Positions 20,472-30,663 of a stretch of DNA of 64,000 bases are shown piece after piece. The notes beneath the pieces are model-generated. The model saw only the letters and a list, made by a program, of their open reading frames with translations. It made no database searches and was not told where the DNA came from. Location of the stretch: positions 1-64,000 of the forward strand of contig CAVSJV010000017.1 of assembly GCA_963728405.1 (NCBI GenBank), given 5' to 3'. This DNA comes from Methanomassiliicoccaceae archaeon (GTDB lineage: Archaea > Thermoplasmatota > Thermoplasmata > Methanomassiliicoccales > Methanomassiliicoccaceae). Within the stretch, counting starts at the first letter, position 1; every line of letters starts with the position of its first letter. The translations under genes were made by a program, and so were the position numbers.

Positions 20472-21476
20472 TCAGTCCTTCAAGGCCGTGAGAAATCTCG
20501 GGTCCGCACAGGCCGCGATGTCGGGCATCACCGTGATCTTGTTGTTGTCCAGAAGGAACTGGGCGGTCGAGTCGAGGCTGCCCATGATCTGAGGGTCCAG
20601 AGACAGACCATAGGTCAGCGTGGTCAAGCAGCGCGTCTCGTCGGTGATGCTCAGTCCGGTCTTGTTGGCGCAGATAGATATGGCATCATCATGGTTCGTT
20701 GTCATATAAGCGATAGCGCGGTCGAGAGCCCTCAGGGCAGCGGAGATCGCGGTGGGCTTCTCGGTGACCAGTTTCTGAGAGGCCATCAGCACCAGCGGGT
20801 AGGTGCTCCCCAGCCCCGTGGAGTTGGCGATCTCATTGACGTTGGCCCCGCAGGTCTTCTGCACGTTGGTGGGCCAGGGTTCGCTGCCTATGATGGCGTC
20901 GACCTGCCGGGTCTTCAGGGCGGTGGGCATGTCACTGGGGCCGAGAGAGACCTGGGTGACATCGGCCTGGTCCAGGCCGTTCTTTTCCAGCAAACGCAGC
21001 AGGGCACCCTGGCTGCTCGATCCGAACTGGACCCCGATCTTCTTACCTGCCAGATCGGTCACGTTCTGGATATCCGTCCAAGCGACCAAACGGTGCATCC
21101 CTTCTCCTCCACCATAGCTAGCCACCAGCTTCGCCCCCTGGCCCTGGGCCATCAGGGTGACCCCGGGCGCATCGCCCATCGCTCCCAGGTCCGCCGAGCC
21201 GGTGGCCAGGGCTTCCGCCGACTGTATGCCGCCAGCAACTATGAGGGCGGTGACGTTCAGGCCCTCGTCCTTGAAGAATCCCTTCTCGGCCGCGATGATC
21301 AGGGGCTCATAATCGACCTTGTTCGAGTAGGTGATCCTCAGGTCCATTGGCTCGGTCTTGCTGATGCTGTTCATCATCACCAAGGTCGCCAATACTGCAA
21401 TTATCAATACGGCGGCCACCACAATCACGGCCATCTTCGTTCCTTTATTGCTCGTACCTTCAGCCATTGATCCCAT
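20472..21476 (-). CDS. ABC transporter substrate-binding protein (NitT/TauT/SsuA type)
   Basis: TM anchor, IAAEKGFFKDEGLNV, ALATGSADL, DLAGKKIG, VDAI..SEP. Confidence 0.9.
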   Translation of the reverse strand: MGSMAEGTSNKGTKMAVIVVAAVLIIAVLATLVMMNSISKTEPMDLRITYSNKVDYEPLIIAAEKGFFKDEGLNVTALIVAGGIQSAEALATGSADLGAMGDAPGVTLMAQGQGAKLVASYGGGEGMHRLVAWTDIQNVTDLAGKKIGVQFGSSSQGALLRLLEKNGLDQADVTQVSLGPSDMPTALKTRQVDAIIGSEPWPTNVQKTCGANVNEIANSTGLGSTYPLVLMASQKLVTEKPTAISAALRALDRAIAYMTTNHDDAISICANKTGLSITDETRCLTTLTYGLSLDPQIMGSLDSTAQFLLDNNKITVMPDIAACADPRFLTALKD

Positions 21477-22300
21477 TCTCCTTTCCTTTGAAATCCTCGG
21501 TCGGTAAGATGGGGATGTAGACCTCTGCCCGCTTGCAGCCACACCGCTCCAGGACGTTCTGGAGAGAGCGGGAGACCTCCATCCTGAATTGGGCCGTCTC
21601 AGGTTGGAAGATGTCCCGGGGGCGCGGGAGGGCCACCTGCCATTCCTGGTGGATGTGGCCGGGGTTCGTGCCCAGCAGCACGATCCGGGTCCCCAGCATG
21701 ATCGCTTCCTCGATGTTGTGGGTGACGAACAGCACGGTCATGCTCTGTCGTTGCCAGATCTTCAACAGCTCCAGGTCCATGTGCTTGCGGGCCTGCTCAT
21801 CGAGGGCCCCGAACGGCTCGTCCATGAGCAGGATCTCCGGCTCGAGCACCAGGGTCCGGGCGATGGCCACCTTCTGACGCATCCCCCCGGAAAGGTCGCT
21901 GGGCCGGGTCTTCTCGAACTTGCTGAGATCCACCAGTTCCAGCATCGCCCGGGCCTTCTCCCGGCGCAAGGTCTTAGGCATCCCTTGGTTCTTCAGCCCG
22001 AACTCGACAGTTCTCGAGGACCGAGAGCCAAGGGAACAGGCTATGCTCCTGGAACACCACCCCGACCCGCGGGTCGGGCCCGGTGACCTCATTGTCGCGC
22101 AAGGTCACCCGTCCTTTTGACGGTCGTTCGAAACCAGCGGCTAGATCGAGTAGGGTCGACTTACCGCAACCGCTCGGGCCGATGAGGCAGAGGAACTCAC
22201 CTTCCTCGATGGAGAGGTCTACCCCCTTCAACGCCAGCAGGCCTTTGCCGGTCTCCCGGTCCACGAACGCCTTGGACACGTCGGAAAAGTGCAGCAGCAT
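21460..22300 (-). CDS. ABC transporter ATP-binding protein (TauB/SsuB type), frameshift near 22010
   Basis: GPSGCGKST and VFQEHSLFPWL (21974..22300); LSGGMRQK, LLMDEPFGALD and FVTHNIEEA (21460..22092). Confidence 0.92.
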
Positions 22301-22301
22301 G

Positions 22302-23216
22302 TCAGTTCTGCCCCTCCATGCCCAGCCGGTCCCGTATGCGGTTCTCTATGACGCTGAAAAGGACCTTTTCGATGAACAGGCCGATGGCGCAGACGATCAG
22401 TATGGAGACGAAGGCGGCCTCGAAATCCAGCGACCATCGCGCCTGAATGAGAACATAGCCCAGGCCGAGAGCCACTCCCACGACCATCTCGGCGGCGATG
22501 AGCACCCGCCAGCCATTGGCCAGCCCGATGCGCAGCCCGTTGATGGTCTGCAGGGACGAGGCCGGGAGTAGGACACGGTAGAAGATCGCGGTCCGACCGG
22601 TACCCATCATCCGGGCGGATTTCAGGTAGATGGACGGTACCGACCGTATGCCGCCGGCGGTGCTGATAGCAATGGTCGGCAGGACGGTCATGAAGATCAT
22701 GAAGATGGTGGCCGTTTCCCCCAGACCAAAGATCAGCAAGGCGATGGGTATCCAGGCCAGGCCGGGGATCAGCTGGAGCATGGTCATCGGGGTCATGGAG
22801 AGCTCGTGAAGGACCGAGTTCACTCCCATGGCCATGCCGATAAGTATGCCCAGGGCCGCGGCCAGCAGGTAGCCTATCCCCCAGCGGGCCAGGCTGCTGA
22901 GCATGTGATCGTAGATCGTCTGGTCGTACAATCGAGCTCCCATGAGCAGGTCGCCCAGCCGACCGGCGGTATCGAACGGCGCGGGGAAGGTGATGCCTTT
23001 CAATTGAAAGACCCAGATCGCTATGAGTTGCCAAACGAACAGGAAGAGCAACAGACCGGCCAGGCCGAGGGCCAGGCGGGAGGCCCGAAGCCTTTTCTTC
23101 CCCCCGGTGCACTCGAAATGGACGGTACCATTGGTGATGGCGTCATCGATGGCCGTAGCTTCCTGAACTGGGGTCCACCACGAAGTTATCGTTTTCCAGG
23201 TCAATTTCAGTCCCAC
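22302..23216 (-). CDS. ABC transporter permease (TauC/SsuC type)
   Basis: LQLIPGLAWIP, ARMMG, INGLRIG, W..LIAAEM, GLGY. Confidence 0.92.
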   Translation of the reverse strand: MGLKLTWKTITSWWTPVQEATAIDDAITNGTVHFECTGGKKRLRASRLALGLAGLLLFLFVWQLIAIWVFQLKGITFPAPFDTAGRLGDLLMGARLYDQTIYDHMLSSLARWGIGYLLAAALGILIGMAMGVNSVLHELSMTPMTMLQLIPGLAWIPIALLIFGLGETATIFMIFMTVLPTIAISTAGGIRSVPSIYLKSARMMGTGRTAIFYRVLLPASSLQTINGLRIGLANGWRVLIAAEMVVGVALGLGYVLIQARWSLDFEAAFVSILIVCAIGLFIEKVLFSVIENRIRDRLGMEGQN

Positions 23217-23609
23217 ATGTTCCCATAGAGCGAGGGATGCCCAAACCTTCCTACCGTTCCAGATGTCCTCCTAATCGAGTAGACGAAGTGAACGGAGGCG
23301 GCCTAATGGCAGGCCAGATCTTTCATTAACAGGCTTAATTGAGTTTTATGTGAAATAGTTATGTCTAAACTCAAATATTTGATATGTGCCAAGCTAAGGA
23401 TCCTCCCGACCTTCGATCGATGCACCTCGATGGGAGCGACCCAGGACAAGGGCGGTGGCTTCTATCGTGGATGAAGGGGGCCGTGAGCCCCATCCGGAGA
23501 ACGGGGACCTTAGCTGACGGAAACCAGATCGAACTATTTCGTCATATTACTGGCCTTTTTGGACAATAATATATTCTAATGGAGGAGAAAATTAGTATAC
23601 GGTGAGCAA

Positions 23610-24965
23610 GTGGTCGACGAGACGTTGCAGAAAAGGGCCCGAAAGCTCAAGGATCGGCCGTTGCGCCCTGGCCCTGTGATCTACTGGATGGACCGTGATC
23701 AGCGAGTGGATGACAACTGGGCCCTAGAATACGCCCGACAGGTGGCCGACGAGCGTGACGTGCCCCTGTGCGTGGTGTTCTGCCTGGTGCCCGAGTATTT
23801 AGGCGCCACGATCCGCCAGAACGGGTTCATGATCAGAGGGTTGCCGGAGCTCGAGCATCGTCTTCGCGCCCTTGGGATCGGCTTCCAACTGCACCTGGGC
23901 CTGCCCGAGATCTTCCTCCCCCAGTTCCTGCATCGGGTTCACGCTGGCCTGCTGGTGACCGACTTTGATCCTCTTTCCATCAAGAGGGCCTGGAGAAAGC
24001 GGGTGTACGTCCAGGACGGTCTACCCTTTCACGAAGTGGACGCGCACAACATCGTACCTTGCTGGCGGGTTGGCGCCAGGAAGATCTCCTCTTTCCAGAT
24101 GTTCCGGGCCAAGATCGCCCCCCTTCTGGATGAGTTCCTCACCGCGATACCCCCATCCGTATCGCCTGGCCGCTCCTGGGAGGGAGACGGGACGGTGAAC
24201 TGGACAGAGGTCATGAGTAAGTTGAGGACCGACCGCTCGGTGAAGGAGGTCGAGCGTATCGTCCCTGGGGAGCGCGCCGCCAAGTACGCCCTGGACCACT
24301 TCTGCCAGCACCGACTTGGGACCTATCCTGAGGACTCCATGAACCCCCTGGTCGGCGGGCAGTCCGACCTATCGCCGTACCTCCACTTCGGCCAGCTTGC
24401 CGCCCAGCGGGCCGCCCTTGAGGTCAAGGGGTCCGCGGCGTCGGAGGAGGCCAAGACCGTTTACCTGGATCAGCTGGTGGTGAAGAAGGAGCTGGCTGAT
24501 AATTTTTGTCTGCACACCCCGGAATACGATACTTTCGGGGCCTTCCCCAAATGGGCGCGAGACTCCATCGACAGGCACCGTTCCGACCCGCGGGAACATT
24601 TGTACACCAGGGAGCAGTTCGAGAACGCCGGGACCCATGATCCCCTGTGGAACGCTGCCCAGACCGAACTGCTCAAGATCGGCAAGATCCACGGCTCGCT
24701 GCGAGCGTACTGGGCAGAGAAGATGCTCGAGTGGACCGCTTCTCCGGAGGAAGCGCTCTGCATCGCCATCTACTTGAACGACCAGTATGGGCTTGACGGT
24801 CGGGACCCCAGCGGTTACAGTGGCATCGCCATGGTCCTCGGCGGCCTTTACGGACGGCCCTGGCGGCCCAAGGAGGTACTGGGCAAGATCAGGGCCCGGA
24901 CCTACACGGAGGAAAGGATGAGCTATGACATCCATGCCTACCAAGAAAAGGTGAGGAATCTCTAG
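23610..24965 (+). CDS. phrB: Class II CPD photolyase-family flavoprotein
   Basis: GPVIYWM.RDQRVDDNWAL, EVDAHNIVP, SDLSPYLHFGQ, THDPLWNAAQ, YW..KMLEW, YLND.Y.LDGRDP. Confidence 0.92.
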   Translation: MVDETLQKRARKLKDRPLRPGPVIYWMDRDQRVDDNWALEYARQVADERDVPLCVVFCLVPEYLGATIRQNGFMIRGLPELEHRLRALGIGFQLHLGLPEIFLPQFLHRVHAGLLVTDFDPLSIKRAWRKRVYVQDGLPFHEVDAHNIVPCWRVGARKISSFQMFRAKIAPLLDEFLTAIPPSVSPGRSWEGDGTVNWTEVMSKLRTDRSVKEVERIVPGERAAKYALDHFCQHRLGTYPEDSMNPLVGGQSDLSPYLHFGQLAAQRAALEVKGSAASEEAKTVYLDQLVVKKELADNFCLHTPEYDTFGAFPKWARDSIDRHRSDPREHLYTREQFENAGTHDPLWNAAQTELLKIGKIHGSLRAYWAEKMLEWTASPEEALCIAIYLNDQYGLDGRDPSGYSGIAMVLGGLYGRPWRPKEVLGKIRARTYTEERMSYDIHAYQEKVRNL

Positions 24966-25215
24966 TGCTGGGCCTCCCGCCCAGGTGAGAGGTTCGGTAG
25001 AGACGATATACCTTAATGGCCAGCGGAGCCCCGTTATAACCGGCCAGGTAGACGTCGGCCTCCTTGCCGGTGCTGATGAGACATGTCACCTCGGTGGCCA
25101 GGCCCGCTTCCTGTATGGCCTCGATGGTCGTTCGATGATCGGCTTCGCGGAACTATATGTTGCCGGACATGATGCGCCACGCGGCGCTGGCGTCAAGGTA
25201 GGGATCGTTGGGCAT
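24966..25215 (-). pseudogene. RIO-type Ser/Thr kinase 5' fragment
   Basis: LISTGKEADVY...AIKVYR kinase N-lobe, in-frame TAG at 25153-25155, homology ends at the photolyase 3' end. Confidence 0.75.
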
Positions 25216-25403
25216 TTCTTGTTGGTCGTTCTGAGGCGTTCGAACATAGGCCCGCCGAGAACAAAGGACCTAGATGGGCCGAATGGCTCCCGACACTGTT
25301 AAAAGAACGATCGTGGACATCGTTACCGGCAGCCTCCTGGCCACAGGACCGAAACTTATAATGGTCGAGATATATTTAGAAAATATCCTCATGGCCCCGG
25401 CCC

Positions 25404-25934
25404 TCACTTGGTTCGGTTCGCCAGGTCCATCGCCGTGGTAGCGTGGGTCGAGGCCTGTTCGTAATAGTTCATCGCAGCGTTGATCTCCCCCATATCCATG
25501 TTCGCCGCCCCCTTGTCTCCATGCTCCACCGCCAGCTTGAGATCGGAGAGCACTTCCCGGAACTCGCTGCGGACCGGTTCCAAGGTAGAGTTGAGAGTCA
25601 TGTTGCTCAACGACCGGGAGTAGGATTCGGTCATGGCCAGCAGTTGATGGCCATAGGAACGGGCGGCCGAGATGTTCATATTATTGCCCGCATCCTCGAT
25701 CTTGCTCGCGATATCGGTCAGATTCTCCCAGGACCCTGCGACCCATGCGCTGAGCTCAGTATCGTTTCCGTCGGCACCGGACCTCACTAGCAAGCCATTG
25801 TCTGGTTGGTCCGGCGAGGTGTAGACCGCTTCTTCCTTATCGGGGCCCTGAACGAAAAGCAAGGAGGCACTGAGGAGCACCAGGACGAAGATGACCACCA
25901 TGAGGGTGAACAATATACCTCGGGAGACCTTCAT
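25404..25934 (-). CDS. Membrane-anchored helical hypothetical protein
   Basis: N-terminal TM helix followed by a helical domain. Confidence 0.65.
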   Translation of the reverse strand: MKVSRGILFTLMVVIFVLVLLSASLLFVQGPDKEEAVYTSPDQPDNGLLVRSGADGNDTELSAWVAGSWENLTDIASKIEDAGNNMNISAARSYGHQLLAMTESYSRSLSNMTLNSTLEPVRSEFREVLSDLKLAVEHGDKGAANMDMGEINAAMNYYEQASTHATTAMDLANRTK

Positions 25935-25984
25935 TGGCGAGAATTTGGGAACGGCGATGATAAAAAGGCTGCTGGTCCATCAGT

Positions 25985-27436
25985 TCAAGCGCCCTTCTTC
26001 ATCACCTTCATGAAGATCTCGGTATCCTCCTGGTCGATAGCCCCTAGGATGTAGAGCAGGGCGAAGTAGGCCAACGCGCCGATGGCCAGGGAGGTGAATA
26101 TATCGGCCCATGGGATCAAGAGCAGTATCGCGACCATGCCCACTCCCGCCATGCTCGGCCGGATAATGATCTCGGCGACGTCCAGTCGGAACAGCCGGCG
26201 GGTCAGATAGTAGTAGGTGATGATGTTGGTGGTCAGCACTGACATGGTGAAGGCCAGGGCGGCCCCCGACGCTCCGAACGTGCGGGATGAGGACCAGACA
26301 GACCGCCACATTTCACACCTGCCCCCAGTGCCGCCGAGACAGTGTTAAGGGGCATCATCTTGGCGGAGGCTAGCACTGCCCCGGTCCCCGTACCGAAATA
26401 GGAGATGGCCAGCACGGGAAGGAGGACCCGCAGGACCAGCGCCGATTCGGGATAGTTCGGGAACAACAGCCCGATGATCTTGTCTGCCAGTATGATGCCT
26501 CCCAGGGTAAGGGGCAGGCCCAGGGAGAACATGTACTTCATGACCTTTTGCTGGGCATGCCGGGTCATCTCTTGGGACGAATGATAGAGCCGAGTTATCA
26601 CCGGCAGTAGGGCGGTCTTGAACATCGTGGGGATGGCGATCAAAGAGACCACCAGGTTGAACGCGATGTAGAACTCGGTATTGGCCAGGGTGCCAGCCTC
26701 CAGCCCGTACATGCCCCAGATGATGGCCAGAAGAAGGAAGCCGTTCAGCGCGTAGAGCGTGTTGATCAGGGCCATATTTATAGCGTAGGGAACCGCGTCC
26801 TTCAGCTCCTCTTTGACCCCCCTCAGGTAGGCCCCTTTGGCCGGTCGTACGATCAGGCGGGTGCATACGATGTAGGAGAGCACGACAGTTGAGGGCGCTG
26901 CCGAAGAGGACCACCAGCACCACCGTCTCCAGCCCGAAGCCGAGAAGCACCAGGGCGATTGACAGCGTGACGGTGAACGCCCTTTCCACCAAGGAGGTCA
27001 TCAGCACGTAGTACATCCGCTCGAATGCGGTGAACATAGATGCGAAGGTCTGGGCGATCCAGCCGCAGGCGGTCGACAGTCCGATGATCAGGAAGGCGAA
27101 GGAGACGGTGGTCGGCATCTCTTGGAAGAGCACCAGCACGATGGTCAGGAGCAGGGCCACGGTGCCCAGGATGCCACGGAGCACCAGCGTGGTGGTCAGC
27201 TGTCGACCGGCCGACTCCCGGTTGGGGGCCACGTCGATCACCATCTTGAACCCCAGGCCGAAATCGGACAGGATGAACAGGACCGAGGCCACCGAGAAGG
27301 CCGAGGTGTAAGTGGTGTAGTCAGCACCGAGCGATCGGCTGAGGATCATTGCCAGTATGAGCGTGCTGATCTGACCGATGATCTGCACCATCCCCATGGC
27401 CAGAGAGTTCTTGGCGACGCCGCGCACTAGGCTCAT
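25985..27436 (-). CDS. Wzx/MOP-family polysaccharide flippase, two frameshifts
   Basis: VAKNSLA, ILSRSLG, LSDFGLG (26345..27436), continuing in ORFs 26233..26883 and 25985..26311; polytopic. Confidence 0.85.
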
Positions 27437-27500
27437 CTGCAGACCTCACTAACGCCTTGGAGGGGACCGGCCCGTGGGATGGTGCACTGGGTGGCCATGG

Positions 27501-28813
27501 TCACAAGGCCCCCTTGCCTTTGATGGCCGGGTCAATGTTGGTCTGATCGGCCAGGGAGGCCCGCATGCGGTCGAGCCTAAGATCGGAGAAGCTCTTTTCC
27601 ACTGGCACATCATCCTCATCATTCTTCATCTTGAGCAATTGCCCCACCAGTTTGGCCAGTTCCACTCCGTACCCGATCCTATGAAGCGCTGGGCGGGGAT
27701 CGTCTGGAGCGTAGTAGGCATATACGTCTTGACCCGATCCAGGATCGCATCCATTGAAGAACGGTTATGTCTCCCCTCCGTCTCAGGCGCCAGAACGAAT
27801 CGAAGTCGCTCATCGAGTCCCACCACCTGACCCCGTCCTTAAAACGACCCAGGGCCGGTTTGGGCTGTCCAGTCAGGTCCAGGTATTCGAGGTAGGTGAG
27901 GGGGATGCCCGCCGCATCGGAGTGCTCGTTCTGCATCCAGGTACGGGCGTTCAGCTCTATCAGCTTCCACTTGCCGTCCCGCTCCTCCCTCTTGAACCCC
28001 ACCGAGCCGATGCCCCTATAGCCCAACCCTTTCATGAATCGCAGCCCGAGCTCGGCCACCTCGGCTTGATGCTGGCTCTCTACCAGCGATCCCACTCCGA
28101 AGTTGGGAGGGGACTGCCGTGCCTTGTGCCAGGTGAAAGCAGGTGATTCGTATCCATCGCGACCGAAATAGGCGGCGACGTTGTAGAGGTCCCGACCGGG
28201 AGGCCAGATGACCTCCTGGAGCATGGCCTCCACACCCGAATCGAACACCAGGAGCATCTTCTCTCGCAGCTCGTCCGGAGTATTGACCACGAATCCCTTG
28301 TTCCCGAAGATGCGGTACCAAAGGTGCGAATACAGGGGTTTTATGAAAACTGGAAAATGCAAGGAATCGAGGGCCTCGTCCACATCTCTCATAGAAAGAG
28401 GATAAAAGGTCTCGGTCATCGGAATGCCCAACCGCTTGGCCTCCGAGTACTGGGCCCGCTTGTTGACCATGGCCTCCTGGACCTTTTCAGTGGGGACCAT
28501 AAAATCGAAGTGAGCGGCCAGGGGACCTCGGTTCCGAGATATGAACAGCACTGCCGCATCCGAGGTTGGGAACAGCACCGCTCGCCCCTCCATTTCTTCC
28601 CCTTCCTCCCGGAGGGTTTCCAGGACCTCTTGGGGATAGAGGACGAGGTCCTGGCTGATGAGGGGTCGAACAGTACTTAGAGCTAAGCCCAGGCAGGCCC
28701 GGCCTATGGTCGACCCCCACCACCGGGATTCCACGCCTTCCCAGGGTCCGAGCTATCCCTAACCCATTGGCATCCATGCTTAGGATGAAGGCGGGGGGTC
28801 CCCTCTCCGACAT
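27501..28813 (-). CDS. ATP-grasp carboxylate-amine ligase (D-aspartate ligase-like), two frameshifts
   Basis: ANGLGIARTLGRRGIPV..SSKY, VLFPTSD, FPVFIKP, LQEVI, KARQ.P..FG, LIELNAR. The last frame ends at TGA 27501. Confidence 0.85.
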
Positions 28814-29060
28814 CAACGCTCCTCCCCCATTGAGCATGATTTATTTTAGCTCATAGTATTAATTTGTTTCAATGGAATATGGTACGATTGGAGGAAATAT
28901 CAATGAACGATCACGGCTGTCCTCACCCGATCGAATGTCTCTTCTCTTATGTTAGTAAAAATAAATCCATATCCATCTTACATTCGTTAGATAATCATAT
29001 TTAGTTTCATATATCGATAGAATATCCGGTCAGACCATCCAGCCGGAAGCTCCTTCTCGC

Positions 29061-29322
29061 TCATGGAACTCCACCGACGTGTCTTCGGAACTTGCCAGCC
29101 CGGTGCTCGTCCCTGAGGAGATTATAGGCCTTGGCGTTCCTCTCTGTCCGTTCGTGCACGGTGGGATCGTCCGCCTTGACCACCTTTCCAGGCACTCCGA
29201 CTACGACCGAACGGGGCGGAACGACCATGTTGCCGGTGATCACCGCGTTCGCCCCGATGATACAATCGTCGCCGATGACCGCTCCCTCCACAATGGTGGA
29301 GTTCATTCCGATGATGCTGCCC
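29061..29322 (-). pseudogene. Gamma-carbonic-anhydrase/hexapeptide-repeat protein, 3' fragment only
   Basis: GSIIGMNSTIVEGAVIGDDCIIGANAVI...PPRSVVVGVPGKVV; the N-terminal half is absent. Confidence 0.8.
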
Positions 29323-29865
29323 TATGAAGATTCTCTGACGCTGGTCCGCAGCCACGCACATAAGGAGAACAACGTCAAGCACATGATCGCGGTGGGAGCG
29401 GTCATGGGCGAGGTCTCTGCCCGCCTGGGGGAGGATGTGGACCGGTGGCGGCCGGTGGGCATCCTTCACGACATCGATTTCGAGGAGTGCTCCGGAATGG
29501 AGGATCACACCCTCAGGGCCACGGAGATCCTCCAGGGCATTGTGGATGGGGAGCTCATCGAAGCGATCATGGCCCATAACTACGAGGCGACCAAGGTGCC
29601 CGTCAATAATCGGCTGAAGATCGGCCTTATCGCTTCGGACGCTGTCTCCGGCCTGGTCATCGCCTGCGCCCTGGTCATGCCGTCCAAGAAACTTTCTGAC
29701 GTCCAGATGAGCTCAGTTATCAAGAAGTTCGGGAACAAGGACTTCGCCAAGGGCGTTAGCAGGGAGCGGATCATGCGGTGTCGGGAGCTAGGATTGTCAC
29801 GGGACGATTTCCTGGGCATCGCCCTCGAGGGCATGAGGAAGGCCGCCGGAGAACTTGGGCTCTAA
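29311..29865 (+). CDS. HD-domain (HDIG) phosphohydrolase
   Basis: VKHMIAV.AVM, GILHDIDFE, AIMAH, ASDAVSGLVIACALVMPSKK, KDFAKGV.R. Confidence 0.9.
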   Translation: MMLPYEDSLTLVRSHAHKENNVKHMIAVGAVMGEVSARLGEDVDRWRPVGILHDIDFEECSGMEDHTLRATEILQGIVDGELIEAIMAHNYEATKVPVNNRLKIGLIASDAVSGLVIACALVMPSKKLSDVQMSSVIKKFGNKDFAKGVSRERIMRCRELGLSRDDFLGIALEGMRKAAGELGL

Positions 29866-29904
29866 GACCGAAATGCTATTGCTCCGGAGCGCGTTACCGA
29901 AGCG

Positions 29905-30663
29905 ATGCCCGCGCCATCGTCGACCACGGTGGAGCAGCTTCTCCGCCAGAGGTCCTGGTTGGGAGAGTCGTGGACCTGGCTGCTCCAGAGCAAGGTGTTC
30001 GTTGGGCGGGGAGCGCTGGAGCGCTCACCGACCGCACTGGACATCGGATGCGGCCCTGGCCTAGTGATGGAGCTGCTGTCCCCATACCTGGACGTCCAGG
30101 GCGTGGACATCGATGCCGATGCGGTCATGGCCAGCAATGCTCGGGGCCAGAGAGCCCAGGTGGGAAGGGCGGAGGAGCTCCCCTTCGAAGATGGTTCCTT
30201 CGACATCGTGTACTGCTCCTTCCTGCTGCTGTGGACCCCGGACCCGGTGAAGGTGGTGAGGGAGATGACCAGGGTCTCCAGGGACTGGGTCATCTGTCTG
30301 GCCGAGCCGGACCACGGAGGTCGCATCTCCTATCCTCCGAGCCTTGGCTCGGTGGACGAGCTGTTCATCAAGGGCCTTAGGAAGCAGGGGGCCGACCCAG
30401 AGATGGGACGCAAGCTGCAGAGCGTGTTCATGCGCTGCGGACTTCTACCCGAGGCGGGGGTCCACGCGGGCATGTGGAACGTGGAGCGGATGAGGGCGGA
30501 GACCGAGAATGAGTGGCGTTCCCTCGCCCCGGTGTGCGAGGAGGTCGCCAGCGGGAGGGCCCTTTCCAAGGCCAAGAGTGCATGGGACGACACCGCGAAG
30601 AACGGCTCCTTGGTCCAGTACACGCCGATGTTCTACGCCCTGGCCCGGAAGAAAGGAGATTAA
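29905..30663 (+). CDS. Class I SAM-dependent methyltransferase
   Basis: ALDIGCGPG, GVDID, AEELPFEDGSFDIV, EM.RV. Confidence 0.9.
   Translation: MPAPSSTTVEQLLRQRSWLGESWTWLLQSKVFVGRGALERSPTALDIGCGPGLVMELLSPYLDVQGVDIDADAVMASNARGQRAQVGRAEELPFEDGSFDIVYCSFLLLWTPDPVKVVREMTRVSRDWVICLAEPDHGGRISYPPSLGSVDELFIKGLRKQGADPEMGRKLQSVFMRCGLLPEAGVHAGMWNVERMRAETENEWRSLAPVCEEVASGRALSKAKSAWDDTAKNGSLVQYTPMFYALARKKGD

Noticed and set aside
29905-30663. SAM methyltransferase as a tailoring enzyme of the SPASM operon
   Set aside because: It is on the opposite strand, convergent, and follows the HD gene. Adjacency alone is insufficient without conservation data.
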